64,000 bases of DNA, from positions 480,001-544,000 of the forward strand of contig JAKFCY010000003.1 in NCBI GenBank assembly GCA_036676395.1. The letters are read 5' to 3'. Shown here one piece after another: positions 48,799 to 57,649 of this stretch. The DNA comes from Bdellovibrio sp. GTDB taxonomy: Bacteria > Bdellovibrionota > Bdellovibrionia > Bdellovibrionales > Bdellovibrionaceae. Every line of letters starts with the position of its first letter. Position 1 is the stretch's first letter. Below the pieces are notes generated by a model. That model did not search any database and had not been told where the DNA came from. It was given only the letters and a program-made list of their open reading frames with translations. Made by a program: the position numbers and the translations under genes.

Positions 48799-49536
48799 TT
48801 ATTCTAAAGCGATTCCTACACCGACTGATATACCGCTCTGATCGAATTCAATTTTTGTTGTAGTTGAACCTTGTGACATATCTCCATCTCCCGATCCAAA
48901 GGTATAATTCACATCTAAAAATGCTGCATCTGCCATAAAGACAAGTACACCAAGCGCAATAGCAGTTGCAGACATTTTTCCTTCGATTCTAGGGTTTGCG
49001 TAGAGATCAGAACTTAAACCTATAAATTCTAGCCCTGCATAAGGAATAGCTTTATTTTTTGAAATATTTTCGACAAAAAAGTATTTTCCGCCAAACCCGA
49101 ATGAAGTTGAAAGGTCTTCAAAGCCATCAACACTTTCTTTTTTGTTAAAGATTGAAAAACCCAGAGCGAAATTTTTGAAATTATAATAATAATTTCCATC
49201 AATCTCAGTCGTTTTCGCTTCAGTTTTTACTGAAGTACTTCCGTTTTTAACTGTTACATCTTGAGTGTAAGACTTTAGAAACCCAGTAATTAAGTGAGTT
49301 CGTTTATAATCTGGCTTAACTTCGACATTCATCGGTGTAATAACTTGAGCTTGAGCAATCTGACTAGGTTCAGAATCAATAGATAAATTTTGCAATACCA
49401 GTGTGGAAGATGTAGTAATCGCATCGCTCGGATCAAACTTAATTACTGCCTTACCATTAGCAACTTGAACTACAGTAATTTCAGCATTTGCTGCCGCTGA
49501 TGCAAAAATTGCCAAGATGCCGAATAAAAATCTCAT
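48799..49536 (-). CDS. Outer-membrane beta-barrel protein
   Basis: Signal peptide; alternating strands (FGFGGKYFF, IPYAGL, ISVGVGIAL). Confidence 0.7.
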   Translation of the reverse strand: MRFLFGILAIFASAAANAEITVVQVANGKAVIKFDPSDAITTSSTLVLQNLSIDSEPSQIAQAQVITPMNVEVKPDYKRTHLITGFLKSYTQDVTVKNGSTSVKTEAKTTEIDGNYYYNFKNFALGFSIFNKKESVDGFEDLSTSFGFGGKYFFVENISKNKAIPYAGLEFIGLSSDLYANPRIEGKMSATAIALGVLVFMADAAFLDVNYTFGSGDGDMSQGSTTTKIEFDQSGISVGVGIALE

Positions 49537-49642
49537 GAGAACTCCTTCAGTGTAATGAAAGTCTCAATGAGTAAATAGGCGTCGGCAACTAAAAATTTAT
49601 TTACCTCAACGAAGGTCGGCTTCTAAAACAAAATCAAAATTC

Positions 49643-50422
49643 TTAAGATTCGTTTTTCGCACCAGTTCCTAAAAAGGGTTTAATTAAATCCATCGGAAAC
49701 GGAACAATAATCGTTGATGTGCGTTCGTTGGTCATTTCAATCATGGATTGCAGATAGCGTAACTGTAGTGAGACCGAATTTTTTGATAACACGTCGGCAG
49801 CTTCTGAAATTTTTTGGCTGGCTTGCATTTCGCCTTCAGCAGAGATGACTTTGGCCCGACGTTCACGCTCGGCTTCGGCTTGTCGAGCCATGGCTCTTTG
49901 CATTTCATTCGGAAGATCTACGCCCTTGATTTCTACGTGACTGACTTTCACACCCCAAGGATCAGTTTGCGCATCTAAAATTTCTTGTAAGTTTTTATTC
50001 AAACGTTCGCGTTCGCTCAGTACGGTATCTAAATCTACCTGGCCTAAGACTGAGCGTAGCGTGGTTTGTGCTAATTGCGAAGTAGCTATGAAATAATCTT
50101 CGACTTCGATGGTTGAGCGTATCGGTTCGACTACTCTGAAAAACACGACGGCATTCACTTTCATGGTGACGTTATCTTTGGTGATAATGTCTTGCGGTTG
50201 TACATCCATGGTTACGGTTCGTAAATCTACGCGCACCATTTTATCAATCACCGGAATAAGAATGATCAAGCCGGGCCCTTTGGCGCCGATGATACGCCCA
50301 AGGCGAAAAATAACACCACGTTCATACTCTTTAAGGATGCGGATAGCCTGAACTAAAAACCATCCAATCGCTATCGCGATTAATAACATTCCCGAAGGTA
50401 TTGATAGTCCGAAATCTTCCAT
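49643..50422 (-). CDS. SPFH/band-7 (slipin/stomatin) protein
   Basis: [45 protein letters not shown]. Confidence 0.95.
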   Translation of the reverse strand: MEDFGLSIPSGMLLIAIAIGWFLVQAIRILKEYERGVIFRLGRIIGAKGPGLIILIPVIDKMVRVDLRTVTMDVQPQDIITKDNVTMKVNAVVFFRVVEPIRSTIEVEDYFIATSQLAQTTLRSVLGQVDLDTVLSERERLNKNLQEILDAQTDPWGVKVSHVEIKGVDLPNEMQRAMARQAEAERERRAKVISAEGEMQASQKISEAADVLSKNSVSLQLRYLQSMIEMTNERTSTIIVPFPMDLIKPFLGTGAKNES

Positions 50423-50427
50423 GTTAA

Positions 50428-51738
50428 CTACTCCTTATCTCGAACTACATCGAGAGTTAAACCGTGCATGTCGCGTACGACAACGGCATCATTTTCATTT
50501 AAGCGATCCTTTGAAACGAATTTCCATAATTCACCGTGAATTAATATTTGTCCGGATTTACCATCGGTATCCAAATTTTTAACTTGTCCTTTGCGGCCTT
50601 GAACGCCGGCAATGCCACCGCGATCTAGTAATGCTTTCTCAGATTGTTTTTTAAGTCGTGAAACTAAATAGCCCATCAGCAAGGTTGCAAATAATGAAAC
50701 ACTGCCGATGATGGCGATGAGCCAACGGCTGATTCTTAAATCGGTGGCCGCAGGATCAACAACCCATAAAAGCCCAAAAACTAAAGCAATGCTTCCGCCA
50801 AAAGCGAGAACGCCTCCAGAGCCCACAAAAATTTCGGCAATAATTAAAGCGGCACCAAGCCCTAAAAGAATGAGTCCGCCAAGATGTATAGGTATAGATT
50901 GAAAAGCAATAAAGGCGACGATCAAACACAGTCCACCTAGAATTCCACCTAATCCTAAGCCGGGGGCTGATAGTTCGGCATAAATCAGCAAGATGCCGAT
51001 CGACATTAAGATAGCTGCGACATTCGGATGCGCTAAATAATTTAGAACTTGTTCACCTAAAGTCATTTCAACAGTATGAAGTGTTGGTGCGGGATTGGTG
51101 TTTAACGTGATGTTCGTTTGTCCGATAAGTACACGTCGTTGATGAATGGATTGCCATAGAATTTTTTGCTCAGGGGCGATGACATCAATTAACTTAATTT
51201 TTAAAGCTTCTTCAGCAGTGAAGCTATTACTTTTAGTCACGACTTCGCCAGCGGCTTTGATATTTCGTTTTCGTAATTCAGCCATTGACCTGGCAAAGGC
51301 CGCAATATCGTTGACGGCTTTTTCGGCCATAGTGCCTTTGATATCTTCGCCCTGAGCCCCCACGGGATGAGCGGCGCCAATGTTGGTTCCGGGTGCCATT
51401 GCTGCTATGTGGGATGAAATCATTAACAGCGCACCTGCAGATGTAGCAGCGGCTCCGGCTGGAGCTGTATAAACGATCACAGGAATTTTTGCGTTTTGAA
51501 TACTTTGCGCCATTTCGCGCACGCTAGAAACAAGACCGCCTGGAGTATCAAGTTCAATTAGTAAAAAATCGGCTTTAGCAGCTTCGGCTTTTTCTATCGC
51601 TCGCGCCATGTAGCGCGCTACTGCAGGGTTAATCGTGCCACGAATTTTAATATGATAAGAAACTGATGCCACCGCATTAACAGAAGTAAAAAAAAGTATC
51701 GCGAGGCACACGAAGCGTAAAAATTTTGGCATAATCAT
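50428..51738 (-). CDS. nfeD: Long-form NfeD membrane serine protease (stomatin operon partner)
   Basis: [24 protein letters not shown], multi-TM region, C-terminal OB fold G.I...GELW. Confidence 0.92.
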   Translation of the reverse strand: MIMPKFLRFVCLAILFFTSVNAVASVSYHIKIRGTINPAVARYMARAIEKAEAAKADFLLIELDTPGGLVSSVREMAQSIQNAKIPVIVYTAPAGAAATSAGALLMISSHIAAMAPGTNIGAAHPVGAQGEDIKGTMAEKAVNDIAAFARSMAELRKRNIKAAGEVVTKSNSFTAEEALKIKLIDVIAPEQKILWQSIHQRRVLIGQTNITLNTNPAPTLHTVEMTLGEQVLNYLAHPNVAAILMSIGILLIYAELSAPGLGLGGILGGLCLIVAFIAFQSIPIHLGGLILLGLGAALIIAEIFVGSGGVLAFGGSIALVFGLLWVVDPAATDLRISRWLIAIIGSVSLFATLLMGYLVSRLKKQSEKALLDRGGIAGVQGRKGQVKNLDTDGKSGQILIHGELWKFVSKDRLNENDAVVVRDMHGLTLDVVRDKE

Positions 51739-51748
51739 TCTCGTATAG

Positions 51749-51764
51749 AGCAATGCCTATGCCA
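51749..51764 (-). promoter_or_regulatory. Putative sigma54 promoter of nfeD-SPFH
   Basis: Minus strand TGGCATAGGCATTGCT, close to consensus. Confidence 0.7.
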
Positions 51765-51791
51765 CGGGGCAAACTACCTCGAAAATTATAA

Positions 51792-52205
51792 TTAATCTTT
51801 TAATTCAACACACGACATTTGAAGTGCGTCTTTGCGAAATTCTGATTCTGGAAATTGGCCAGAAAAAATTCCTAAACCTTCGATGGGTAATATGCTCATC
51901 ACAAGTTGTTCGTTCATATCGGCATGGTCTAATTGAACTGCATCTACTTGTGGATTTAGATTTACATTCGCATTTACTGCAGAACGTTTTTCTAAAAGGC
52001 CTTGTGAACCCATTGTCCATAAAGATACTTCGGCGATTGTGCCTGCAACATCGCGCACGCGAATTTCAAAAAGCTCGTCGATGTGTGCCGGTGAATAGCA
52101 GTTAAATTCACGAGCTCTTTCATCGCCTCCGCTTGAAATAGGGCCGGCTACAGCCATTGCAGATAATAGGGTCATTGTTAATGTGATCAATACTTTTAGT
52201 TTCAT
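51792..52205 (-). CDS. Secreted hypothetical protein
   Basis: SD aggaga before ATG 52205; signal peptide followed by GPISSGGD. Confidence 0.7.
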   Translation of the reverse strand: MKLKVLITLTMTLLSAMAVAGPISSGGDERAREFNCYSPAHIDELFEIRVRDVAGTIAEVSLWTMGSQGLLEKRSAVNANVNLNPQVDAVQLDHADMNEQLVMSILPIEGLGIFSGQFPESEFRKDALQMSCVELKD

Positions 52206-52322
52206 AACTTGTTCTCCTTGTAGCCGATCTTGTAACAAAAAAGCAAATTTACTTCAGTATGAATTAAATAATCAAAATAATTGAGTTTGATTATTTAACA
52301 TAAACGATATAAAAACCTCGCC

Positions 52323-53123
52323 ATGACTGATTTATTCAAATTCCACGACTATAAAGACTATTTAAAACAATTGGTTAAAATTAATGAAGATGTCAGGGGC
52401 TATCAGGCGCGTTTGGCCCGCGAAGCTGCATGCCAGCCGTCGTACCTTTCACAGGTGTTAACAGCTAATGCTGATTTAACCACAGACCATGCTTTAAACC
52501 TTTCAACATTCTTAGGATTTGATGATTTAGAAAAAGAATATCTTTTAACTTTGATCATGTTGGCTAAGGCTGCGTCGGTAAAAAATAAACGCTATTTTGA
52601 AAAAAAGTTATCCCAGCTACGCAAACAACATTCAAGCCTGACGAAAAGAATTAACTCTGATGAAGAGTACGCAAAAGACGTTGAGCTTATCTACCATAGC
52701 AGTTGGGTCTATGCGGCGGTGCATGTGGCGACCAGTATTTCAGGGCAAACGGCAATGGCTATCGCTGAAAAGCTGCGTCTAACTGTAGGTGAAGTTTCAA
52801 GTGTTTTAAAAATTTTGGCGGGATACGGTTTAGTAAAAAGCGATGGTGATAAATGGATTTATGTCACAGGTTCGACGCATCTTCCGGATGAATCCTATAT
52901 GACAATGGTGAATCATTCAAACTGGCGCCTAAAATCAGTGAGCAACATTCCTCAACGTAATGAAAACGATCTGCGTTACACCTCTGTATTTACAATGTCG
53001 CAAGAAGATGCGGATAAATTAAAAGAAGAAATGTTGAAAGTGATAAAACAATGGCGCGGCAAGATCGCTCCTTCACAACCTGAAGTAACGATGGCGATCT
53101 TGTGCGATTTTTTTGAAGTTTAA
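52323..53123 (+). CDS. TIGR02147/DUF4423-family HTH protein
   Basis: F.FHDYKDYLK, RLAREA..QPSYLSQVL, YHSSW.Y.A.H, NHSNWR, ...CDFFEV. Confidence 0.8.
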   Translation: MTDLFKFHDYKDYLKQLVKINEDVRGYQARLAREAACQPSYLSQVLTANADLTTDHALNLSTFLGFDDLEKEYLLTLIMLAKAASVKNKRYFEKKLSQLRKQHSSLTKRINSDEEYAKDVELIYHSSWVYAAVHVATSISGQTAMAIAEKLRLTVGEVSSVLKILAGYGLVKSDGDKWIYVTGSTHLPDESYMTMVNHSNWRLKSVSNIPQRNENDLRYTSVFTMSQEDADKLKEEMLKVIKQWRGKIAPSQPEVTMAILCDFFEV

Positions 53124-53125
53124 TT
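53099..53125 (+). repeat. Left direct repeat of the islet (3' end of the TIGR02147 gene)
   Basis: cttgtgcgatttttttgaagtttaatt; near-identical copy at 54986-55013. Confidence 0.8.
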
Positions 53126-53143
53126 GTTCTAAAGTGCGAATAT

Positions 53144-53929
53144 TTAAAGAAGTTTAATAAATTCTGCGATAGTTTGAACATCTTCGTCTTTTAATCCATA
53201 CAAAATAATTGGTGAGAATCGAGGATTCTCAGAAACTAAATGGATTACAGTATCTTGTTCGGTATCACTATCATTAGTTGTTTTAGGTGGTGTTTGCCTT
53301 ACATATTTTTTGATTACGAAACTTTCTGCAGACTCAGGGTCGCGCAGACTACGCGCTTGAATCAGAAAAACTTTTCCTTGTCTAGAGCCGCCTGTATATT
53401 TACGAAACAAACATAGATCGCCGTTATTAATACGCGGCTGCATTGATTCGCCCTGAACATAAGTTGCAAAGTAATCTGCAGAGGAAGACTTTAAATTAAC
53501 TTCGACCCAGCCCAAAGGAGTGCTATCTGCATACTGATCGTTATCAGAAAATTTACCGGCGGCAACCTTGATAGGGTATACAGGTATATAGTTTGGCGGC
53601 GGCTTGAAATCTTCCTCATAGGGAATGACTCGCGAATCTTTAGCTATATTGGGCATGTCTTTTAAAAAAGCCAATAAGTCTAGTAGAGATACGTTCAGTG
53701 CTTCTGCATACCTGAGGAGAACTAGCACTTGAGCATCAGCAGTGCCCTTTTCTAGGCGGTCAATACTAGCTGATGAAAGCTGACTGGCTTCCTTAGATAG
53801 GCGATCAATCGAGTATCCTTTTTGTAATCTGAGTTTACGGCAATGATCGCCCAATGCTTTTAAGAAAAATTCATTCTTGTATCTTTTGCGAGGCAAACCA
53901 AGACGTTTGGCGGGTTTTGCAAGTGTCAT
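53144..53929 (-). CDS. XRE-HTH plus peptidase S24 (CI/LexA-like) repressor
   Basis: HTH LRLQKGYSIDRLS...IDRLEKG; cleavage site VAAG; catalytic GESM (Ser) and IKKY (Lys); start at ATG 53929. Confidence 0.88.
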   Translation of the reverse strand: MTLAKPAKRLGLPRKRYKNEFFLKALGDHCRKLRLQKGYSIDRLSKEASQLSSASIDRLEKGTADAQVLVLLRYAEALNVSLLDLLAFLKDMPNIAKDSRVIPYEEDFKPPPNYIPVYPIKVAAGKFSDNDQYADSTPLGWVEVNLKSSSADYFATYVQGESMQPRINNGDLCLFRKYTGGSRQGKVFLIQARSLRDPESAESFVIKKYVRQTPPKTTNDSDTEQDTVIHLVSENPRFSPIILYGLKDEDVQTIAEFIKLL

Positions 53930-53961
53930 AAGTCTAGGATATCCCAAATACAATTTGGCCC

Positions 53962-54000
53962 ATTCCTTATTAGGAATATATATTATTCCTAATAAGGAAT
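53962..54000. promoter_or_regulatory. Tandem palindromic operator, ATTCCT-N4-AGGAAT x2
   Basis: attccttattaggaat (53962-77) and attcctaataaggaat (53985-54000) are exact reverse complements. Confidence 0.75.
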
Positions 54001-54005
54001 AAAGC

Positions 54006-54971
54006 GTGATCAATTATTATATTAAAAATTCAGTTACATTGCTCTTGATTGGCCTGCTCACTGCTTGTGGTAAAGAATCCCCAGTAAACAAACAAGCTGT
54101 TTTTACTCTAAGCTTACATGGCAGTGCGACTACATTTTACGAAAAAACAAATCCTGCATTTAATGCAGGTGCTATCGTCGAGAATTCGATGGTGAGCTTT
54201 CAAAATCAAATTTTTGCTTTCTATGATGAAGGTGCTAACGGAAATTTCACAAGCGCAGAGTTGGGCAATTCAGGTCAGAATTTTTTCAATCAAAAGATAT
54301 TGAATTTAGACAGGCGTTTTTCTTACGTACTAAATTATCAAGAAACGCTTTATAACTTCTTTTATAAAGCAAACTCAATTTATTTAGAAAAAAGCACAGA
54401 TGGTTTAAATTGGCAGCTAATAAACAATGGGTTACCAGTATTAAATTCTGAACCGGATCCAAATTCAATTTACTATAATGTGTGGAATGTTGCTGTAACG
54501 GTCGACGAGATGGGTGTCTGGCATCTATTCGTTGAGTGTGCTGATATCCGTAATAATACGTATGCTGGCTTAGCGTATTCGACAGCAGTTATGGTTGGCG
54601 ATCAGATAGATTTTAATCCGAATAAATCCAGCACTTTTTTAATTCAGCAGGCGGGAAATCCTTACGTCACTAATGTACCTGGTAAAGGCCTTCTAATTGT
54701 GTATGGCCAAATATTTTTGCCGAACGAAAATTTTGATTATGAATGGTATGTATCGGCAGCAACATTCAATTTGAATACTAATACTGTGACGGAGCATAAT
54801 GAGTTTCAAGTTGGCGTGCGGGGTATTCATGTCGCTGATCCTCATTTGGTAGAGTTACCTAATGGAAAAATTTTGTTAAGTTTAAGCGTTAATCAGAATT
54901 CAACTTATTTTGCCTATTCGGATCAAAGCATGAGCGAGTTTTATGATTTGTTGCTAAATGGGCTTTACTAA
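54006..54971 (+). CDS. Lipoprotein, probable beta-propeller (glycoside hydrolase/sialidase-like)
   Basis: Lipobox LTAC; Asp-box-like STDGLNW; blade-start motifs NVAV, NPYV, DPHL. Confidence 0.6.
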   Translation: MINYYIKNSVTLLLIGLLTACGKESPVNKQAVFTLSLHGSATTFYEKTNPAFNAGAIVENSMVSFQNQIFAFYDEGANGNFTSAELGNSGQNFFNQKILNLDRRFSYVLNYQETLYNFFYKANSIYLEKSTDGLNWQLINNGLPVLNSEPDPNSIYYNVWNVAVTVDEMGVWHLFVECADIRNNTYAGLAYSTAVMVGDQIDFNPNKSSTFLIQQAGNPYVTNVPGKGLLIVYGQIFLPNENFDYEWYVSAATFNLNTNTVTEHNEFQVGVRGIHVADPHLVELPNGKILLSLSVNQNSTYFAYSDQSMSEFYDLLLNGLY

Positions 54972-54985
54972 TGCAGGTCTTGCGG

Positions 54986-55013
54986 CTTGTGTGATTTTTT
55001 TTGAAGTTTAATT
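54986..55013 (+). repeat. Right direct repeat of the islet
   Basis: cttgtgtgattttttttgaagtttaatt (one substitution and one extra T relative to the left copy). Confidence 0.8.
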
Positions 55014-55114
55014 CTTGTCTACGAAATTGACAGTCCCTTTCTTATTTTCCTGAACCTGTGTTCTTCTGTGTTTTCTGAGCGAAACCGGCCTCGTTATGCT
55101 AAAAAATAGCTTCT

Positions 55115-55879
55115 ATGAAAGCCTTTCTGCTGACATTACTTTTTACTGTTTCTGTACAAGCTCAAGTTAATCTTGCAGAGGAATATAATAAAATTCGTTT
55201 CGAGGCGACTCAGCTTGCTGGGCGACCGCAAGATATTCCACAACGGGTCGAACAGCTTAAAAAAATGTATTTAGATTCTAATGGTCGCTATGCTTTTCCG
55301 TTAGTGGCCGCTCATGGTGCAAAATACGCTGATAAGATTTTTTCAATTACGCAAACGGCCAGCGAGTTATTTTCTATTACGACATGGTTCATGGATTCTA
55401 AAGAGATGACTCAGCTCGATCGGTTGAATCTTTTAGTTTATGATTTAACCAATGAATTAGAGGATGTGAATCGGTTTGTTTTTATCGATACGTATACGAA
55501 TTACTACTTCGCTAAGAAGTACGGTCGAATGATAGGTGCTGATAAATTTATTCCAGCTGTATTGTTGCAGCAATTAAATAAAATGCTGACGATTCCAGTT
55601 TATACGGCTGAAGCCAAGCGAGAGTTGTTCTATCAAGCTTTAATGTATGAGCAACACGCGCGTGTCAGCCCGATGATTAAAAGAGTTTGTGGTGGTTTTT
55701 CAGAACAATGGTTATTGCCATTGATTATGAAGCCGCAAGTGCAGTTTTCTTATTTTCCTGTAAGTACTAAGTTTCAATTTCAAGACTTTTCTTCTGAAGA
55801 AGAACGTATTTATTATGCTTTAAAATCGTATGATCTAGCGGCGCAGGTCGGCTGGCCGCATGTGTTAAATACGTTATAA
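55115..55879 (+). CDS. Secreted helical hypothetical protein
   Basis: Signal peptide (VQA); FPLVAAHGA and VNR.VFIDTY motifs. Confidence 0.7.
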   Translation: MKAFLLTLLFTVSVQAQVNLAEEYNKIRFEATQLAGRPQDIPQRVEQLKKMYLDSNGRYAFPLVAAHGAKYADKIFSITQTASELFSITTWFMDSKEMTQLDRLNLLVYDLTNELEDVNRFVFIDTYTNYYFAKKYGRMIGADKFIPAVLLQQLNKMLTIPVYTAEAKRELFYQALMYEQHARVSPMIKRVCGGFSEQWLLPLIMKPQVQFSYFPVSTKFQFQDFSSEEERIYYALKSYDLAAQVGWPHVLNTL

Positions 55880-56242
55880 CTAATCTTGGTATACGCGAGT
55901 GAAGCAAGAAAAACGGTGGTGAACGCCGCTCTCATAAACATCAACGCGGATGTTGTCGTTGTTTGTTCCAAAAACACCTTTTGGAAACACTAAGTAAGAT
56001 TCATTAACAGCATCAACTAATTTGTAGTAGATACCATCTTCTTTTTCTTCGATTTTTTCAATGTGGTAAAGTTGGTGAGCGTCTGTTTCTGCACCTAAAG
56101 TTACGAAAAGCGTGCCTTTTTCTAACGTTGGTAAGTTCACAACGCTGTAAAATTCTTTATCTAAGTCTGAACACTGTGTGTACTGACGGGCAAAAGCTGT
56201 TGTTGATACTAATAATCCTAATACTAAAATCATCATTTTCAT
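55880..56242 (-). CDS. Secreted hypothetical protein
   Basis: SD aggag; signal peptide (AFA); two Cys. Confidence 0.7.
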   Translation of the reverse strand: MKMMILVLGLLVSTTAFARQYTQCSDLDKEFYSVVNLPTLEKGTLFVTLGAETDAHQLYHIEKIEEKEDGIYYKLVDAVNESYLVFPKGVFGTNNDNIRVDVYESGVHHRFSCFTRVYQD

Positions 56243-56392
56243 AAGACCCACTCCTTGTTAATTTAAAAGTGTTTATGGGCGTAAACACCAAGCTAGTCAA
56301 TGAAACCAAGACGGTCGGTAGAAATGAAAACTAAGTGAATTTTTATGCGCATAATATTCAAGGTATTTCAAAATGAGACAGTTAAATAACGG

Positions 56393-56420
56393 TGAAAATT
56401 CGAAAACAAAAAGCCGATAA
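56393..56420 (+). promoter_or_regulatory. Putative sigma28 promoter
   Basis: TGAAA-N15-GCCGATAA (perfect -10 box), 7 nt before ATG 56428. Confidence 0.55.
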
Positions 56421-56427
56421 GTCTTGT

Positions 56428-57570
56428 ATGAAACTAGTCTTATCCGTTCTTCTATTGTCGTGGTCTTTAGCCAGCTTGGCGCAACAAAATATTTCTAATG
56501 TCGGTCTAGCGACTTGGGTTCCGCCCAATTGGCAGACTTATCAGGCGATCGGATACACTGCAGATACTTTTAGAGTGCCCGAAGGGCTTAAAAAGAGCGT
56601 CGATTTCTGGATTCAAATTTACACGAAATACACGACCCAGCAGGGCGTGTTTCACGTTGCCGGCGATACTGACCAGATTCTTGGGGATTTTGACCTGACG
56701 CAGGTTTATGCCAATCAAAAATGGTCGCCGGTTCGTCGTGAATTAGAGGCCGAGATTTTAATTAGACGTCAGAAAAAATTATTGGCTTCGCGCTTTAAAA
56801 TTGATGTTAAAAAAATTCGTCTGCAAATGGGTTTAAAAGATCGCATGCAGCATGCAATTAAGGTTTCTGGCTATTATTTGCCACAGATGGAAAAAATCTT
56901 TGAACAAGAAAAAATTCCGAAAGAATTAACACGCGTGGTGTTTGTTGAAAGTTCATTTAATATTTTTGCTGAATCAAAAGTCGGTGCAAGTGGTCTTTGG
57001 CAGATCATGCCGCGTGTATCAAGAAAATTTAAATACATGCAAGATGCGCAGGATCTGCGAAATCACCCGATCTATGCAACAAAACTAGCAGCTAAAATCT
57101 TTAAAGAAAATTATCAGATCTTGAAATCATGGCCATTGGCAGTGACTGGTTACAATCACGGCGTGGGCAGCATGAAAAAACTTGTGAAAAAGTATAAATC
57201 GAACGACATTTCTTATTTAGTAGATAACGTAGGTGCCAGTAAAAGTTTTGGTTTTGCATCTCGAAATTTCTATGCAACTTATTTAGCGGCCTTATACGTT
57301 GAATCACATGCTAATTTATATTTTCCAGAACCAGTTTATAAGTTTCAGGAATTACAGGTGCGCGCCGTTAAGGTTGTAAAACCTATGCCGTATCATGAGC
57401 TATTAAGCTATTTCGGCTCTGATCGCATTAAATTGCGCTTGTATAACCCGCACATCAAATCAAGTTACCTAAAGCCCGGCAGAAGCCTTCCTAAAGGCGT
57501 AATCGCGAATCTTCCGAAAGTCGATAAGGTTACGAAAATCGCTGGCGTTATTGATCAAGGCGAACTTTAA
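56428..57570 (+). CDS. Lytic transglycosylase (SLT domain, MltD-like)
   Basis: FVESSFN, GASGLWQIMP, WPLAVTGYNHG, FGFASRNFY. Confidence 0.9.
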   Translation: MKLVLSVLLLSWSLASLAQQNISNVGLATWVPPNWQTYQAIGYTADTFRVPEGLKKSVDFWIQIYTKYTTQQGVFHVAGDTDQILGDFDLTQVYANQKWSPVRRELEAEILIRRQKKLLASRFKIDVKKIRLQMGLKDRMQHAIKVSGYYLPQMEKIFEQEKIPKELTRVVFVESSFNIFAESKVGASGLWQIMPRVSRKFKYMQDAQDLRNHPIYATKLAAKIFKENYQILKSWPLAVTGYNHGVGSMKKLVKKYKSNDISYLVDNVGASKSFGFASRNFYATYLAALYVESHANLYFPEPVYKFQELQVRAVKVVKPMPYHELLSYFGSDRIKLRLYNPHIKSSYLKPGRSLPKGVIANLPKVDKVTKIAGVIDQGEL

Positions 57571-57573
57571 AAT

Positions 57574-57603
57574 AAAAAAGCCTGGTTCAATCCAGGCTTT
57601 TTT
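57574..57603. terminator. Bidirectional terminator
   Basis: aaaaaagcctgg-ttcaat-ccaggctttttt. Confidence 0.85.
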
Positions 57604-57628
57604 ATTTAATCTATGTCGCAACGATACA

Positions 57629-57647
57629 AGAAACAGGGCCTGGCACC
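57629..57647 (-). repeat. 19-bp dispersed extragenic element, copy 2
   Basis: agaaacagggcctggcacc, the reverse complement of 37997-38015. Confidence 0.75.
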
Positions 57648-57649
57648 AA

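Larger units (their letters stand above)
53099..55013. mobile_element. Direct-repeat-flanked genomic islet (repressor plus lipoprotein), with no recombinase gene
   Basis: Two-gene cassette between 27/28-bp direct repeats that duplicate a gene end. Confidence 0.6.

Noticed and set aside
48672..48863. 63-aa ORF
   Set aside because: Overlaps tRNA-Val and its terminator
49561..49572. gtctcaatgagt as a copy of the GTCTCA-N3-TGAGAY motif
   Set aside because: Half-site spacing is 1 nt instead of 3
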